Assembly (NCBI GenBank): GCA_035371225.1
Contig: DAOOWO010000001.1
Location: forward strand, 1 to 44,085
Reading direction: 5' to 3'
From: Bacteroidales bacterium
Lineage (GTDB): Bacteria; Bacteroidota; Bacteroidia; Bacteroidales; CAIWKO01
DNA: 44,085 nt
Numbering within the stretch: the first letter of the stretch is position 1; every line of letters starts with the position of its first letter. Made by a program: the position numbers and the translations under genes. Under the pieces are notes generated by a model that ran no database searches, was not told where the DNA came from, and saw only the letters and a list, made by a program, of their open reading frames with translations. Below are positions 26,525 to 36,600 of the stretch, piece after piece.

Positions 26525-27625
26525 TTAATCCGGGTTGTTCATGGAGTGATAATATATTTCAAGCAGTTCGCGTGCTGCAATATACGAGCTGACAGTGTTA
26601 TTGGCTATTTTACTTTCGATATGTTTTAGTTTGGTTTCAATTTTTTTGTTTTTGTAAAAATCGGTAAAAAGTTGTTCTTTGATGGCATAATGCATGCGGG
26701 CAAGGGATTGTTCGGTTCGTTTACCGAAAAAACAGCCGTTGTTTTTGTTATAGGATTGGTACTCTTCAATAATTTTCCATAATTCTTTTATCCCTTTATT
26801 TTCGCGTGCTGAGCAGGTGGTAACCCTAGGCTCCCAGCCCGAAAGTGACGTGGGAAAAAGATGCAGTGCTTTTTGATATTCCATGCGGGCGATGTCGGCC
26901 CTGGCAATATTGTCGCCATCGGCTTTGTTAATCACAATGGCATCGGCCATCTCCATGATGCCCCGTTTTATGCCCTGCAGTTCGTCGCCGGCACCGGCAA
27001 GCATCAGCAGCAGAAAAAAGTCAACCATAGAGTGCACCAGCACTTCCGACTGTCCTACGCCCACGGTTTCAACAAAAATAATGTTAAACCCTGCCGCTTC
27101 ACACAAAATAATTGTCTCCCAGGTTTTGCGCGCTACCCCTCCCAGGGTGCCTGCTGATGGAGACGGGCGTATAAAGGCATTGGGGTCGGCTGCCAGTTCT
27201 TCCATACGGGTTTTGTCACCCAGGATACTGCCTTTGGTACGGTAACTGCTGGGATCGATAGCCAAAACAGCCAGTTTGTGCCTGCGTTTGGTGAGAAATT
27301 TGCCAAGCGCTTCTATCAGCGTACTTTTGCCTACGCCGGGGACACCAGTAAAGCCTATGCGCAACGAATTGCCTGAATAAGGAAGACAGGCCTCCAACAC
27401 CTGCTGTGCCATCAACTGATGCTCCTGGAGAGTGCTTTCTATCAGGGTAATAGCTTTACTCAACAGGGTGATATTTCCCGAAAGAACACCTTCAACCAGT
27501 TGTTTTTTGGTTAAGGCAGCAGGCTTTTTGCTTCGGATATTCTTTATGGCCGCTTCATTTACTGAAGACGGCTGCTCTATCCCCTGCTGCACTTTCAGTG
27601 CACTTTTATTTAATTTACTGTTCAT
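26525..27625 (-). CDS. meaB: Methylmalonyl-CoA mutase-associated G3E GTPase MeaB/ArgK
   Basis: The track ORF (to 27889) overlaps the divergent neighbour. The ATG at 27625 (MNSKLNK) gives a 366-aa protein of normal MeaB length. Motifs: GFTGVPGVGKSTLIEALG (P-loop), LAIDPSS, ETVGVGQSE, INKADGDN (NKxD). Confidence 0.85.
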   Translation of the reverse strand: MNSKLNKSALKVQQGIEQPSSVNEAAIKNIRSKKPAALTKKQLVEGVLSGNITLLSKAITLIESTLQEHQLMAQQVLEACLPYSGNSLRIGFTGVPGVGKSTLIEALGKFLTKRRHKLAVLAIDPSSYRTKGSILGDKTRMEELAADPNAFIRPSPSAGTLGGVARKTWETIILCEAAGFNIIFVETVGVGQSEVLVHSMVDFFLLLMLAGAGDELQGIKRGIMEMADAIVINKADGDNIARADIARMEYQKALHLFPTSLSGWEPRVTTCSARENKGIKELWKIIEEYQSYNKNNGCFFGKRTEQSLARMHYAIKEQLFTDFYKNKKIETKLKHIESKIANNTVSSYIAARELLEIYYHSMNNPD

Positions 27626-27719
27626 GCTGCTGTTGTACAAAAATACTGTTTTTGATAAAACCGAACAAATAAAATAGGACGATTCTTTTCTGTTGTATTT
27701 TTGTGAAAAATCGTTTAAG

Positions 27720-29135
27720 ATGAAAAAAATATTGTTGGGAAGTTTTTTGATGATTATTGCGGTATTTGCCTCAGGGCAAACAGATTGGCATCGGGTAACG
27801 GGCCAATGGCTCGGCATGCTGAATTTAGGAATGGCAAAATTGAACATCGGCCTGATAGTAAGTGATTCGTCAGGAACATTAAAGGCCACATTGTTGAGCC
27901 CCGATCAGGGGGCTATGAACATCAGGGTGGATAGCGCTTTATTTGCAAACAACACCCTGAAGGTGGTTTCCAAAGAGATTTCCGCTGTTTTTGAAGGCAA
28001 GATAAACGATCGAAATGATTCGCTGATAGGATATTTTTCGCAGGGCCGCAAGTTTCCGCTTTTGCTTGGCCGAGTGGAGAAAATACCCGGCCTTACCCGG
28101 CCTCAGGAACCCCAAAGGCCTTACACATATCTGGAAGAAGAAGTAACTTTTATGAACGAAAAAGCCGGCATTGCTTTATCTGGGACGCTTACGCTACCCT
28201 CTTCGGGAAGCAATTTTGCTGCCGTGGTGCTTGTCACCGGATCGGGTCCGCAGAACCGCGATGAGGAACTGCTGGGGCACAAACCATTTTTGGTTATTGC
28301 TGATTATCTTACACGAAACGGCATTGCCGTGTTGCGCTACGACGACCGGGGCACCGCGAAATCAAAAGGGGTGTTTGCTACTGCCACCTCAGCCGATTTT
28401 GCTGATGATGCGGAAGCGGCCATGAATTTTTTGAAAACCGATACAAGAATAGATTCGAAAAACATTGGTATTATAGGACACAGCGAAGGGGGCCTTATAG
28501 CCCAGATGATAGCTGCCCGAAACCGGGAGGTTGCCTTTATTGTAACTTTGGCCGGGCCCGGTCTGAAAGGTGAGGACCTGCTACTGCTGCAATCGGAACT
28601 GATAGCGCGTGCTGACAGCATACCTGAAAATGAAATTGCCGCCAACACAAAGATCAATAAAAAACTTTATAAAATTGCCAGGGTAGAAAAAGATGATAAA
28701 AAAGCCACCGAAAAGATGCGAAAACTCATTGATGATTATTGGAAAACCCTGAGTCAGGAATCCATAAAAAGCAACCACCTCGAAAAAAAGACGCTTATAC
28801 AGAGTGTTTATCAGGTGATAACCCCATGGTTCAGGTATTTTATCGCTTACAACCCATCGGCAGCCTTGAAAAAAATTTACTGCCCGGTATTGGCACTCAA
28901 CGGGAGTAAAGACTTACAGGTGCCTTCTTCACAGAACCTGAATGCCATAGAAAGAAATTTGAAAAAAGCTGGAAACAGTAATTACACAATAAAAGAATTT
29001 GCCGGCCTGAATCATTTGTTTCAGCATTGTGCAACGGGATCTCCATCAGAATATCTTCACATTGAAGAGACCTTTTCGCCTGAAGTGCTGGATTTTATGA
29101 CGCAATGGATAAAAACTTTCAACGCAGGAAAATAA
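27720..29135 (+). CDS. Exported alpha/beta hydrolase (S9/S33-like serine hydrolase)
   Basis: The track start at 27693 is TTG; the ATG at 27720 gives the signal peptide MKKILLGSFLMIIAVFASGQ. Contains VLVTGSGPQNRDE, the nucleophile elbow GHSEGG, and late GSKD / NH residues. Confidence 0.8.
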   Translation: MKKILLGSFLMIIAVFASGQTDWHRVTGQWLGMLNLGMAKLNIGLIVSDSSGTLKATLLSPDQGAMNIRVDSALFANNTLKVVSKEISAVFEGKINDRNDSLIGYFSQGRKFPLLLGRVEKIPGLTRPQEPQRPYTYLEEEVTFMNEKAGIALSGTLTLPSSGSNFAAVVLVTGSGPQNRDEELLGHKPFLVIADYLTRNGIAVLRYDDRGTAKSKGVFATATSADFADDAEAAMNFLKTDTRIDSKNIGIIGHSEGGLIAQMIAARNREVAFIVTLAGPGLKGEDLLLLQSELIARADSIPENEIAANTKINKKLYKIARVEKDDKKATEKMRKLIDDYWKTLSQESIKSNHLEKKTLIQSVYQVITPWFRYFIAYNPSAALKKIYCPVLALNGSKDLQVPSSQNLNAIERNLKKAGNSNYTIKEFAGLNHLFQHCATGSPSEYLHIEETFSPEVLDFMTQWIKTFNAGK

Positions 29136-29260
29136 TTTTTTTTAAAAATTCGCGCAACAATATTTTTCTCAGGAAATTATTGATAATGACTTTATGTGCC
29201 GATTAAATTAGTTTAATCTATTTAGATATTTTGATTTGATTTTTTGTTTAAAAAAAAAGC

Positions 29261-29268
29261 TACTTTTG
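29261..29268 (+). promoter_or_regulatory. Candidate -7 box (TACTTTTG) for the 29297 gene
   Basis: Matches TAnnTTTG, 29 nt upstream of ATG 29297. Confidence 0.4.
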
Positions 29269-29296
29269 CACCTTAATTTTTTTAAAACTAAGAACT

Positions 29297-30595
29297 ATGA
29301 AACTGAAAACCTTAATTTTTGCAGGATTAATCCTGTTAGGCATTACCGGAACAGTGAATGCTCAAATATACCAAATACATAATGGCAGTTTTGAAGACTG
29401 GCAAAATGTGGGTTCAAATACTGAAGAACCCAGCCGGTGGAACTCTAATAAAACGGGAACCGGGCAGGCTACAAGCGGGCCTCAAACTTGTTTCAGAGAA
29501 ACAAGCAATCCTTATGATGGTTTATATAGCGTGAGAATAGAAACAAAATCAATAACAATCATTTTTGTTACATTTATAGTAAATGGTTCTTGTTCAACCG
29601 GTAGAGTTGAAGCTCCATCGACCAATAAGTCAGAAGGATTTACACATTCCATAAAAAACGATTCTATTTTTGGTTCAACCTTTAATGGCCGGCCTGACAG
29701 TATTATCGGATATTATCGCTATACATCAGTAAGCAGCGATTATGGTAAGATTGGTGTGTTTTTGCATGTAGGTAACTATTATGATCCTGAAACACCTGTT
29801 AATAGTAACCACCCCGACAGCACAGTAAACAAAATCGCAAGCGGTACTTTTCTCACTCCAACAAGCAGTGTCGCAAATTGGACAAAATTTTCAATTCCTA
29901 TGACATATTTTGATTCGCGCGACCCTCAATATATTCTGATTAGCATGACTAGCAGCGGGAACCAAACCGGCGGGGCTTCCGGGAGCAAGTTGTGGGTTGA
30001 TGGTCTTAAAGCTTTTTATAACCCAGTATTAACAACGGGAACTATTTCTTCTTCACCCTTTGTAGTTGACGCCGGCAACGGGGCTGCCATCAGCATACCG
30101 TTCACGCTCACAGGCACCATGAATGCCGGAAATATTGTTACCGCACAGCTATCAGATGATGCCGGCTCGTTTGCATCGCCTGTAACACTCGGCACACTGG
30201 CAACTACCACCTCCGGGACAATTTCAGGAACCATACCTGCCGGCACCCCAACAGGTGGCGGATATCGCGTTCGGGTGGTTTCTTCAGATTATGCCCTGAC
30301 TGCTGCTGACAACGGCTCCGACCTTGTAATAACCAATACCACGGGAATCAGTGATATCGAGGCTGGTAACCACAGCATTTATTTTTCTGGAAACGAACTG
30401 ATAACTGACCTGGATTTTATCCAAAGTTTTCAACCGCAAATTCAACTTTTTAACATGAGCGGGCAATTGGTTGCCGGTCTTGAATTACAAAATAATGCAG
30501 TTAATCATTACAAGATGAATATTCCTGCAGGTATTTATATGTATCACCTGATCAATGGCGATCAAATGATCTCCGGGAAAGTTGTAAAGTTTTAA
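29297..30595 (+). CDS. T9SS C-terminal-sorting-domain secreted protein (N-terminal region possibly PCMD-like)
   Basis: 432 aa with a signal peptide (GTVNAQ). The NGSFEDW opening is what I associate with PCMD-type beta-sandwich proteins (weak recall). The C-terminal Por-secretion tail runs IQLFNMSGQLVAG, then IPAGIYMYHLINGDQMISGKVVKF. Confidence 0.75.
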   Translation: MKLKTLIFAGLILLGITGTVNAQIYQIHNGSFEDWQNVGSNTEEPSRWNSNKTGTGQATSGPQTCFRETSNPYDGLYSVRIETKSITIIFVTFIVNGSCSTGRVEAPSTNKSEGFTHSIKNDSIFGSTFNGRPDSIIGYYRYTSVSSDYGKIGVFLHVGNYYDPETPVNSNHPDSTVNKIASGTFLTPTSSVANWTKFSIPMTYFDSRDPQYILISMTSSGNQTGGASGSKLWVDGLKAFYNPVLTTGTISSSPFVVDAGNGAAISIPFTLTGTMNAGNIVTAQLSDDAGSFASPVTLGTLATTTSGTISGTIPAGTPTGGGYRVRVVSSDYALTAADNGSDLVITNTTGISDIEAGNHSIYFSGNELITDLDFIQSFQPQIQLFNMSGQLVAGLELQNNAVNHYKMNIPAGIYMYHLINGDQMISGKVVKF

Positions 30596-30614
30596 TTTAG
30601 ACTTACTAATCTAT

Positions 30615-30651
30615 TTACGGGGCTGCATTTCAACGAAATGCAGCCCCGTAA
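30615..30651 (+). terminator. Strong hairpin terminator between convergent genes
   Basis: Perfect 17-bp stem ttacggggctgcatttc / gaaatgcagccccgtaa with a 3-nt loop, followed by TATTTT. It sits 20 nt after the 30595 stop and 6 nt from the gpx stop. Confidence 0.8.
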
Positions 30652-30656
30652 TATTT

Positions 30657-31139
30657 TCAGCCTTTTCGCAGCCAGTCTATTATTTTTTCGCAATAAGGGC
30701 TTTCGGCAGGAGGCACCATGTCAAGCCATTCACCTTTTTCGCTGACCATAAATTTCTGGAAATTCCATTTTACCTTAGCATCGGTTTTTCCGTTGAGCTC
30801 TTTTTTTGTAAGCCATTCATAAACAGGGTGTTGTTTTGATCCTTTGACTGAAACTTTGGCAAACATCGGGAAGGTAACATCGAAATTCAGAGAACAAAAA
30901 CTGGCTATTTCGTGATTGGATTTAGGTTCCTGCCACAAAAAATTGTTGGCCGGAAATCCTAGAATCACAAATTTTTCGGGTCCATACTCCCGGTAAAGCT
31001 TTTCAAGATCTTTATATTGAGGAGTAAATCCGCATTTAGAGGCAGTATTAACTACAAGAATTTTTTTTCCTTTAAACACTGACATACTGATCTCTTTGCC
31101 ATCAATGCTTGTGGCGCTTAAATCCAGAAATGTCTTCAT
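30657..31139 (-). CDS. Glutathione peroxidase (Cys type)
   Basis: 160 aa with GPx signatures: VVNTASKCGFTPQY (peroxidatic Cys), LGFPANNF, and WNFQKFMV. Confidence 0.9.
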   Translation of the reverse strand: MKTFLDLSATSIDGKEISMSVFKGKKILVVNTASKCGFTPQYKDLEKLYREYGPEKFVILGFPANNFLWQEPKSNHEIASFCSLNFDVTFPMFAKVSVKGSKQHPVYEWLTKKELNGKTDAKVKWNFQKFMVSEKGEWLDMVPPAESPYCEKIIDWLRKG

Positions 31140-31299
31140 AATAAAAGTATTTTCAAAAACTGCATATAAAGGTAATAAATATTTGCATCAAATCCATAAA
31201 AATTTGGTCATGGAGTGGTGCTTCAATAGCTTTTTTGATAAAGCCCTGACATAAAGCCAGGTAATGTACTTATGTTGTTGATGAAAAAGGAAAGTGTTT

Positions 31300-31722
31300 T
31301 TACTCGGGAATTACCTTATCGGCTTTTTTGCCGTGTAGATATTCAATTAGATCCTGTGCAAATTTCACATGATCTTCGATATGGTGAAAGATAATAGTAT
31401 CTATTTCAAAAACCGGGTACTCGGTGATGATAGTAAGGTCTTTGTATGGTACAGCTTTATATACCTTCGCGTTCATTTCTTCGAAGACTTTGGGGTCGGT
31501 AAGGTCATACTCATTGAAAACAATACTGTCTTTTTTGAGAAGATCCACCACATTTCCACATCGGCCGCATTCCTTGCTGGAATAAACATTAATCTTAGAG
31601 ATACCGTATGGAAAAAGTGCCGCGTCAAAACGACGGTTTACATCGTTGGTTTTTTCTTTTTCCTGAGAAAAAGCATTCAGAAAAAACAAAAAACAAACAA
31701 TAAATAAAATTTGCTTTTTCAT
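31300..31722 (-). CDS. Exported glutaredoxin/NrdH-like thioredoxin-fold protein (CGRC motif)
   Basis: 140 aa with a signal peptide (MKKQILFIVCFLFFLNAFSQ). INVYSSKECGRCGNVVDLLKKDSIVFNEYDL followed by YPVFEI (cis-Pro position) matches the Grx fold pattern. Confidence 0.6.
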   Translation of the reverse strand: MKKQILFIVCFLFFLNAFSQEKEKTNDVNRRFDAALFPYGISKINVYSSKECGRCGNVVDLLKKDSIVFNEYDLTDPKVFEEMNAKVYKAVPYKDLTIITEYPVFEIDTIIFHHIEDHVKFAQDLIEYLHGKKADKVIPE

Positions 31723-31770
31723 CTTCCTGGTTTTTAAAGATACAATTTTTTTATAAATCCGGAAATAGGA

Positions 31771-32766
31771 TCAATTATAAGCCCATTTTAGATACACGCC
31801 GCCCCATGTAAATCCGGCTCCGAAAGCAACTAAAACAAGGTTGTCGCCTTTTTTTAGTTTGTGTTCCCACTCCCAAAGGCACAGAGGGATGGTGGCCGCA
31901 GTGGTATTTCCGTATTTTTCTATATTGATCATGGTTTTTTCTTTATCAATACCAATACGGTGGGCCGTGGCCTCAATAATTCGGAGGTTTGCCTGGTGGG
32001 GGACCAGCCATGAGAGATTTTCGGCAGTAAGTCCGTTTCTTTTCATGATTAATTCAGCGGTTTCGGCCATTTTTACAACAGCCACTTTAAAAACCGGTTG
32101 TCCTTCCTGATAGATAAAATGTTCTCTGGCGTCAACAGTTTTATGGCTGGCCGGTTTTAATGATCCGCCGGCTTTTTGATGCAGATGCACTTGACCGCTG
32201 CCATCCACTTTCATAAAAGAATCCATGATGCCTACTTCTTCAGTGGTTGGCTCAAGAAGTACGGCACCGGCGCCGTCGCCAAAAATAATACAGGTTGCCC
32301 GGTCGGTATAATCCACAATAGAGGACATTTTTTCGCAACCCACAACGACCACTTTTTTGCATTGTCCGGTTTCTACAAACTTTGATGCGGTCACCAGGGC
32401 ATAAACAAAACCGGAGCAGCCGGCATTAAGGTCAAAACTGAAGGCATTTTTTATACCGGTTTTATCACAGATAATGTTTGCAGTAGCGGGAAACTGCATA
32501 TCAGGAGTAACGGTAGCACATACCAGCAGGTCGATATCGCTGGGTTTGTTGCCCGTTTTTTCCAATAACAATTTTACGGCACCAGCACCTAAATCAGAGG
32601 TTCCTTTTCCGGGATCTCGCAGGATTCTCCTTTGGAGTATCCCGGTACGGGAACGTATCCATTCGTCGTTGGTATCAACAATTTTTTCAAGAGCTGCATT
32701 GTCAAGGACGTCTTCGGGCAGAAATCCGCTGACACCAGTAATTGCCGCCTTGATTTTTTGAATCAT
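31771..32766 (-). CDS. fabH: Beta-ketoacyl-ACP synthase III
   Basis: 331 aa with the active-site Cys (NAGCSGFVYAL), His (VPHQANLRI) and Asn (YGNTTAATIP). Confidence 0.95.
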   Translation of the reverse strand: MIQKIKAAITGVSGFLPEDVLDNAALEKIVDTNDEWIRSRTGILQRRILRDPGKGTSDLGAGAVKLLLEKTGNKPSDIDLLVCATVTPDMQFPATANIICDKTGIKNAFSFDLNAGCSGFVYALVTASKFVETGQCKKVVVVGCEKMSSIVDYTDRATCIIFGDGAGAVLLEPTTEEVGIMDSFMKVDGSGQVHLHQKAGGSLKPASHKTVDAREHFIYQEGQPVFKVAVVKMAETAELIMKRNGLTAENLSWLVPHQANLRIIEATAHRIGIDKEKTMINIEKYGNTTAATIPLCLWEWEHKLKKGDNLVLVAFGAGFTWGGVYLKWAYN

Positions 32767-32793
32767 AAGAACTCAATTAAATAGTTACGGGAG

Positions 32794-33018
32794 CTATTTC
32801 TTTTTTCCTTTTGGGGGTTCTTTTTTGGTTTCTACCTGTGCTTCGGTCTTATCTATTGCAGGTTTTCCTTTATAATATCCGCATTCCGGACAAACCCTGT
32901 GATACAGTACAGGTGCTCCGCAATTGGAACAAACTGCGATGGTAGGATCTTGGGCTTTGTCGTGGGTTCTTCTTTTTAAGGTTCTGGTTTTTGAGAACCT
33001 TCGTGTTGGATGTGGCAT
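32794..33018 (-). CDS. rpmF: 50S ribosomal protein L32
   Basis: 74 aa. N-terminus MPHPTRRFSKTRTLKRRTHDKA and zinc-ribbon CSNCG...CPECGYYKG. Sits in the conserved position after yceD. Confidence 0.9.
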   Translation of the reverse strand: MPHPTRRFSKTRTLKRRTHDKAQDPTIAVCSNCGAPVLYHRVCPECGYYKGKPAIDKTEAQVETKKEPPKGKKK

Positions 33019-33024
33019 AGTGTA

Positions 33025-33549
33025 TTAGTTTTTAAACGTTATTTTCTTTAACTCATCCCAGCGGGGATCGTTATTTTTTTTTTGTTGGTTTAACTCTTCT
33101 AATTTCTTGATTATCTCTGGATTACATTTGCTTTTTCCGTTTTCGTCATCAGGATGAACTTTGCGTTGAGGGAGTAGTAAAATAATGCTTTCGTAAAAGA
33201 ACTGGCTCAAGTCTACTTTGGGTTCCTGAGGCGGCAATATAATGATGTCATCAGCAGGTTCGGCATCCTCGGCACCAAATTTTACTATCAATCGTTCAGT
33301 ACCTTCAACCGGTTGGTCATATTCTTCCAGGCAGCGGTCGCATTCGCAAACCACCGTTCCGCTGAAGTTAATTTTCAGCTCCAGCATATCGGGCTGTTTA
33401 TTCATTTCCACCAGTATGAGGATATTGCATTGCTGAATATCTTCATAGCCGGACTCCCGAAAGAAACCCCCGTCTATCGTGAAATCGAAATGATGAACGC
33501 CATCACTCAGCCCTGAAAACTCCAATATGTAACGGTTCTGATAACTCAC
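33025..33549 (-). CDS. yceD: YceD/DUF177 family protein
   Basis: 174 aa with a GTG start and the DUF177 pattern (VVCECDRCLEEYDQPVE). Part of the classic yceD-rpmF-fabH arrangement. Confidence 0.85.
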   Translation of the reverse strand: MSYQNRYILEFSGLSDGVHHFDFTIDGGFFRESGYEDIQQCNILILVEMNKQPDMLELKINFSGTVVCECDRCLEEYDQPVEGTERLIVKFGAEDAEPADDIIILPPQEPKVDLSQFFYESIILLLPQRKVHPDDENGKSKCNPEIIKKLEELNQQKKNNDPRWDELKKITFKN

Positions 33550-33571
33550 CTTCTTTTAGAATAAAAGTTTG

Positions 33572-33579
33572 CAAAGTTA
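33572..33579 (-). promoter_or_regulatory. Candidate -7 box (TAACTTTG) for yceD-rpmF-fabH
   Basis: The reverse complement of caaagtta matches TAnnTTTG, 23 nt upstream of the start at 33549. Confidence 0.45.
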
Positions 33580-33641
33580 TGAAATTTTTCTTTTACAAAA
33601 ACATTTTAGACAAAAAAGGCCGTTAAATCAACAGTTTACCA

Positions 33642-36600
33642 TTATTTGAAAGCTTTTTCGGGCAGTCCGTCTCCGTTAAGATTCAGGCGGCTGAAATATT
33701 CCGGTACTTTTTTTCCGGTAAGAGCATTCACATAAAGCTTTGCCAGATATTGTCCCAGCATAAAGCCTTGTCCACGCAAACCCAGAAATAGTCCGTGTTC
33801 GGGATCGATTATCATGCGCGGCTCCACATAATATCCGGCCCAGACAGCCTGAAAACCAACGGAAGAAAGTTGGGGTATCCAGTCGATAAATATTTCGGTG
33901 GCTATTTCAAGAAATTCCTGCGAATTTATTTTTAGGTTTTTGTGTGCCTGTTGCGGATCTACAGCAGGAGAGGCGCATCCGATGATCTGTCCAGTTTCTG
34001 CCAATTGCTGCCCGTAAACGGCAACAAAACCCTTGTAACGACGACGGTCAATCAGCATATCCAGCGGGTTGCCATTCAATCCCATCATGGGGAGTCTCCT
34101 GGTGATAAAAGCCTGATGTTTAACAGGATATAAACCTGTTTCCAATCCAATCATCCGGGCAAACTTTTCCCCTTCGAAACCCAGGGCATTGACAAACACC
34201 TCCGTATGATATTCCACAAATTTTTGCTGGTGATTGCGGACAAGAATTTTAAAGGTATTTCCATCTTTTCTTAGGCTAATCATTTTGCAGTCTTCAAGAA
34301 CAGTTCCGCCATTATTGATGCCAATACGTCTTATCAGGTCAATGACACGTCCCGGAGTGGCCTGCCAGCAATTTTCTGAAACCTGCGCTGCAAGGTACTT
34401 ATTCAGATTTGTATTGATAAATGGCGAAATGACCTTATTAAAATCTTTTGGATCTACCATAACTGCATCAGACCACGACAAAGAATCGACCAGCGCTTTA
34501 TACATGGTTTCGTCGTGGGCAAAAGTCACATAGCGTGTCTGGTGGTAATCTATATTTTTAAGGTTCTGTAACTCTTTGAATATTTCTAAATTATGTACGG
34601 CGATATCGGCCATCTCGGGCAAACTGAAGCCGGGCCTTCCGCCGGCGATATTGCGCCAGGAAGATCCCCGTCCGAAATTAGCCAACACGGGCTTCATTCC
34701 GGCTTCGGCCAGATAACGAAACAGGGCACTGCCTCCGATACCTCCGCCGGCTATAAAAGAGCCCACCTTAACAATTTCAGGAGTAACTCCCTGGTTGCTT
34801 ACATGAACTTTTTCGGGAACCGTTTTGGGATATAACTCGCCAAAATTAATCTGGTTCGACAGCGGCCCGCGTGGGGTAGCTTCGCCAACAAGAGAAATAT
34901 CATAATTTTTTAACTGTTGTTTCAACCGGCGGATACACCTTTTGCCCCGGCAGGCGCCCATACCCAGACGGGTAGTATGCTTAATCTCGTCTACGGAAAT
35001 AAACCGACGGTCGCCAATAACATTGAGTATTTCGGTCAGGGTAACATCATCACAATGACAAATATATTTTTCTGTTTCCCTGGCTCTTTCTGCTTTTTCA
35101 AATGTAATCTTTTCCGGATAGTTTTCTTTTACAATAAATCCACGGGCTGCAATTAACTCTTCTCCGTGGAGGGTAAGTGATTTTACCCTGACCACATTTG
35201 TTTTATTGGGTTTCTTCAACACTTTTTCAATGACACCTTCTCCCAGTTTTTCGCCATTATTGTCAACCAAAAAGACCGCTGCGCCTTCTTCCACGTGATA
35301 TTCTACGGGCAGAAACAACCAGTCTTTCTTAATGTTGTATCCAAAAATGGCTAATCCGGGACATTGGTAAACACACTCCATGCATCCGGTGCATTTGTCA
35401 AAATCAATATGCGGTACAGTACTGGTGGATGTTTTGGTGATGGCACCGTGCGGACAGGCAAATTCGCATGGATTGCATGCGAACCCGTAAAGACAGTCTA
35501 TTTGTACAAAAGGTCGGGCCTCCATGCGTTCGCTGGTTGGCTTGTAGGGTGCCTGAATAATTTTTATCGGATGCTGCTGCGAATCGATGTATTCTTTTGA
35601 GGTGGCAAGGAATTCGTCATAATCGAAGCGTTCTTCCATTTCGTTCAGGATTTCAAAGGCCACCTGTTTGCCTCTTACCACAGCGCTGGTGCCTTCACCA
35701 ATGCGGATGGCATCTCCGGCTCCGAAACAATTACGTCCGAAAATTTCATTTCCTTTTATTAGTAATTGATCGTCAGGGACTAAGCCCGTGCAGATGTTTA
35801 TTGCATCAATGCCGTAAATTGTTTTTTCTGTTCCCGGAACGGGGTTGAAATTTTCGCATTCGGCAATCACAGCACCAACAATACCGTCGTGATTTTCGTT
35901 GGGCAGGGCCTTGATAAGAATGTGTGAGAGCATGATGGGAATACCCAGTCTTCTCACACGGTTGGCCTGCACGGGGAATCCTCCTTCGTGAGGCATAGCT
36001 TCGATGATGGCTTTTACATGAGCGCCGGCCTGCATCAGTTGATACGAAGTAAGGTATCCGATATTTCCGGCACCGACGGTCAACACATTTTTGCCGAGAA
36101 GGGTAAATTCGTTGTTCATCATTTTTTGGACAACCGCGGCGGTATAAACCCCGGGAAGGTCGTCGTTTTCAAAAGCCGGCATAAAAGGAACAGCGCCTGT
36201 GGCTACCACCATATATTCGGCATCAACAAAAAAGATGTCGCCGGTTTTCAGGTTTTTAGCGGCAATGCGATTTCCTTCGAGGATATCCCAAACTGTAGCA
36301 TTGAGCATGATGCCGTCGTGGTTTTCACCTGCCAGGGTTGTGGCAATATCAAATCCGCGCATGCCGCCAAATTTTTTTTCTTTTTCAAAAAAGAAAAACT
36401 GATGGGTTTGCATGATAAACTGTCCGCCAATCTTGTCGTTGTTGTCGAGCACGATGTTTGAGACGGCATGTTTGTTTAATTCTTCGCGGCAGGCAAGCCC
36501 TGCCGGGCCGGCGCCAATGATGACCACTTCGGTTTTATAAACATCGTGTGGCTTTTGGGTATCCGGGGTGATAATTTCGGGAGCATAGTCTTTGGGTATT

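Noticed and set aside
27626-27889. An 88-codon N-terminal extension of the MeaB ORF, as listed in the track (26525..27889).
   Set aside because: The extension overlaps the divergent hydrolase gene and its promoter region, has no MeaB-like sequence, and would make the protein abnormally long. The ATG at 27625 gives a normal MeaB.
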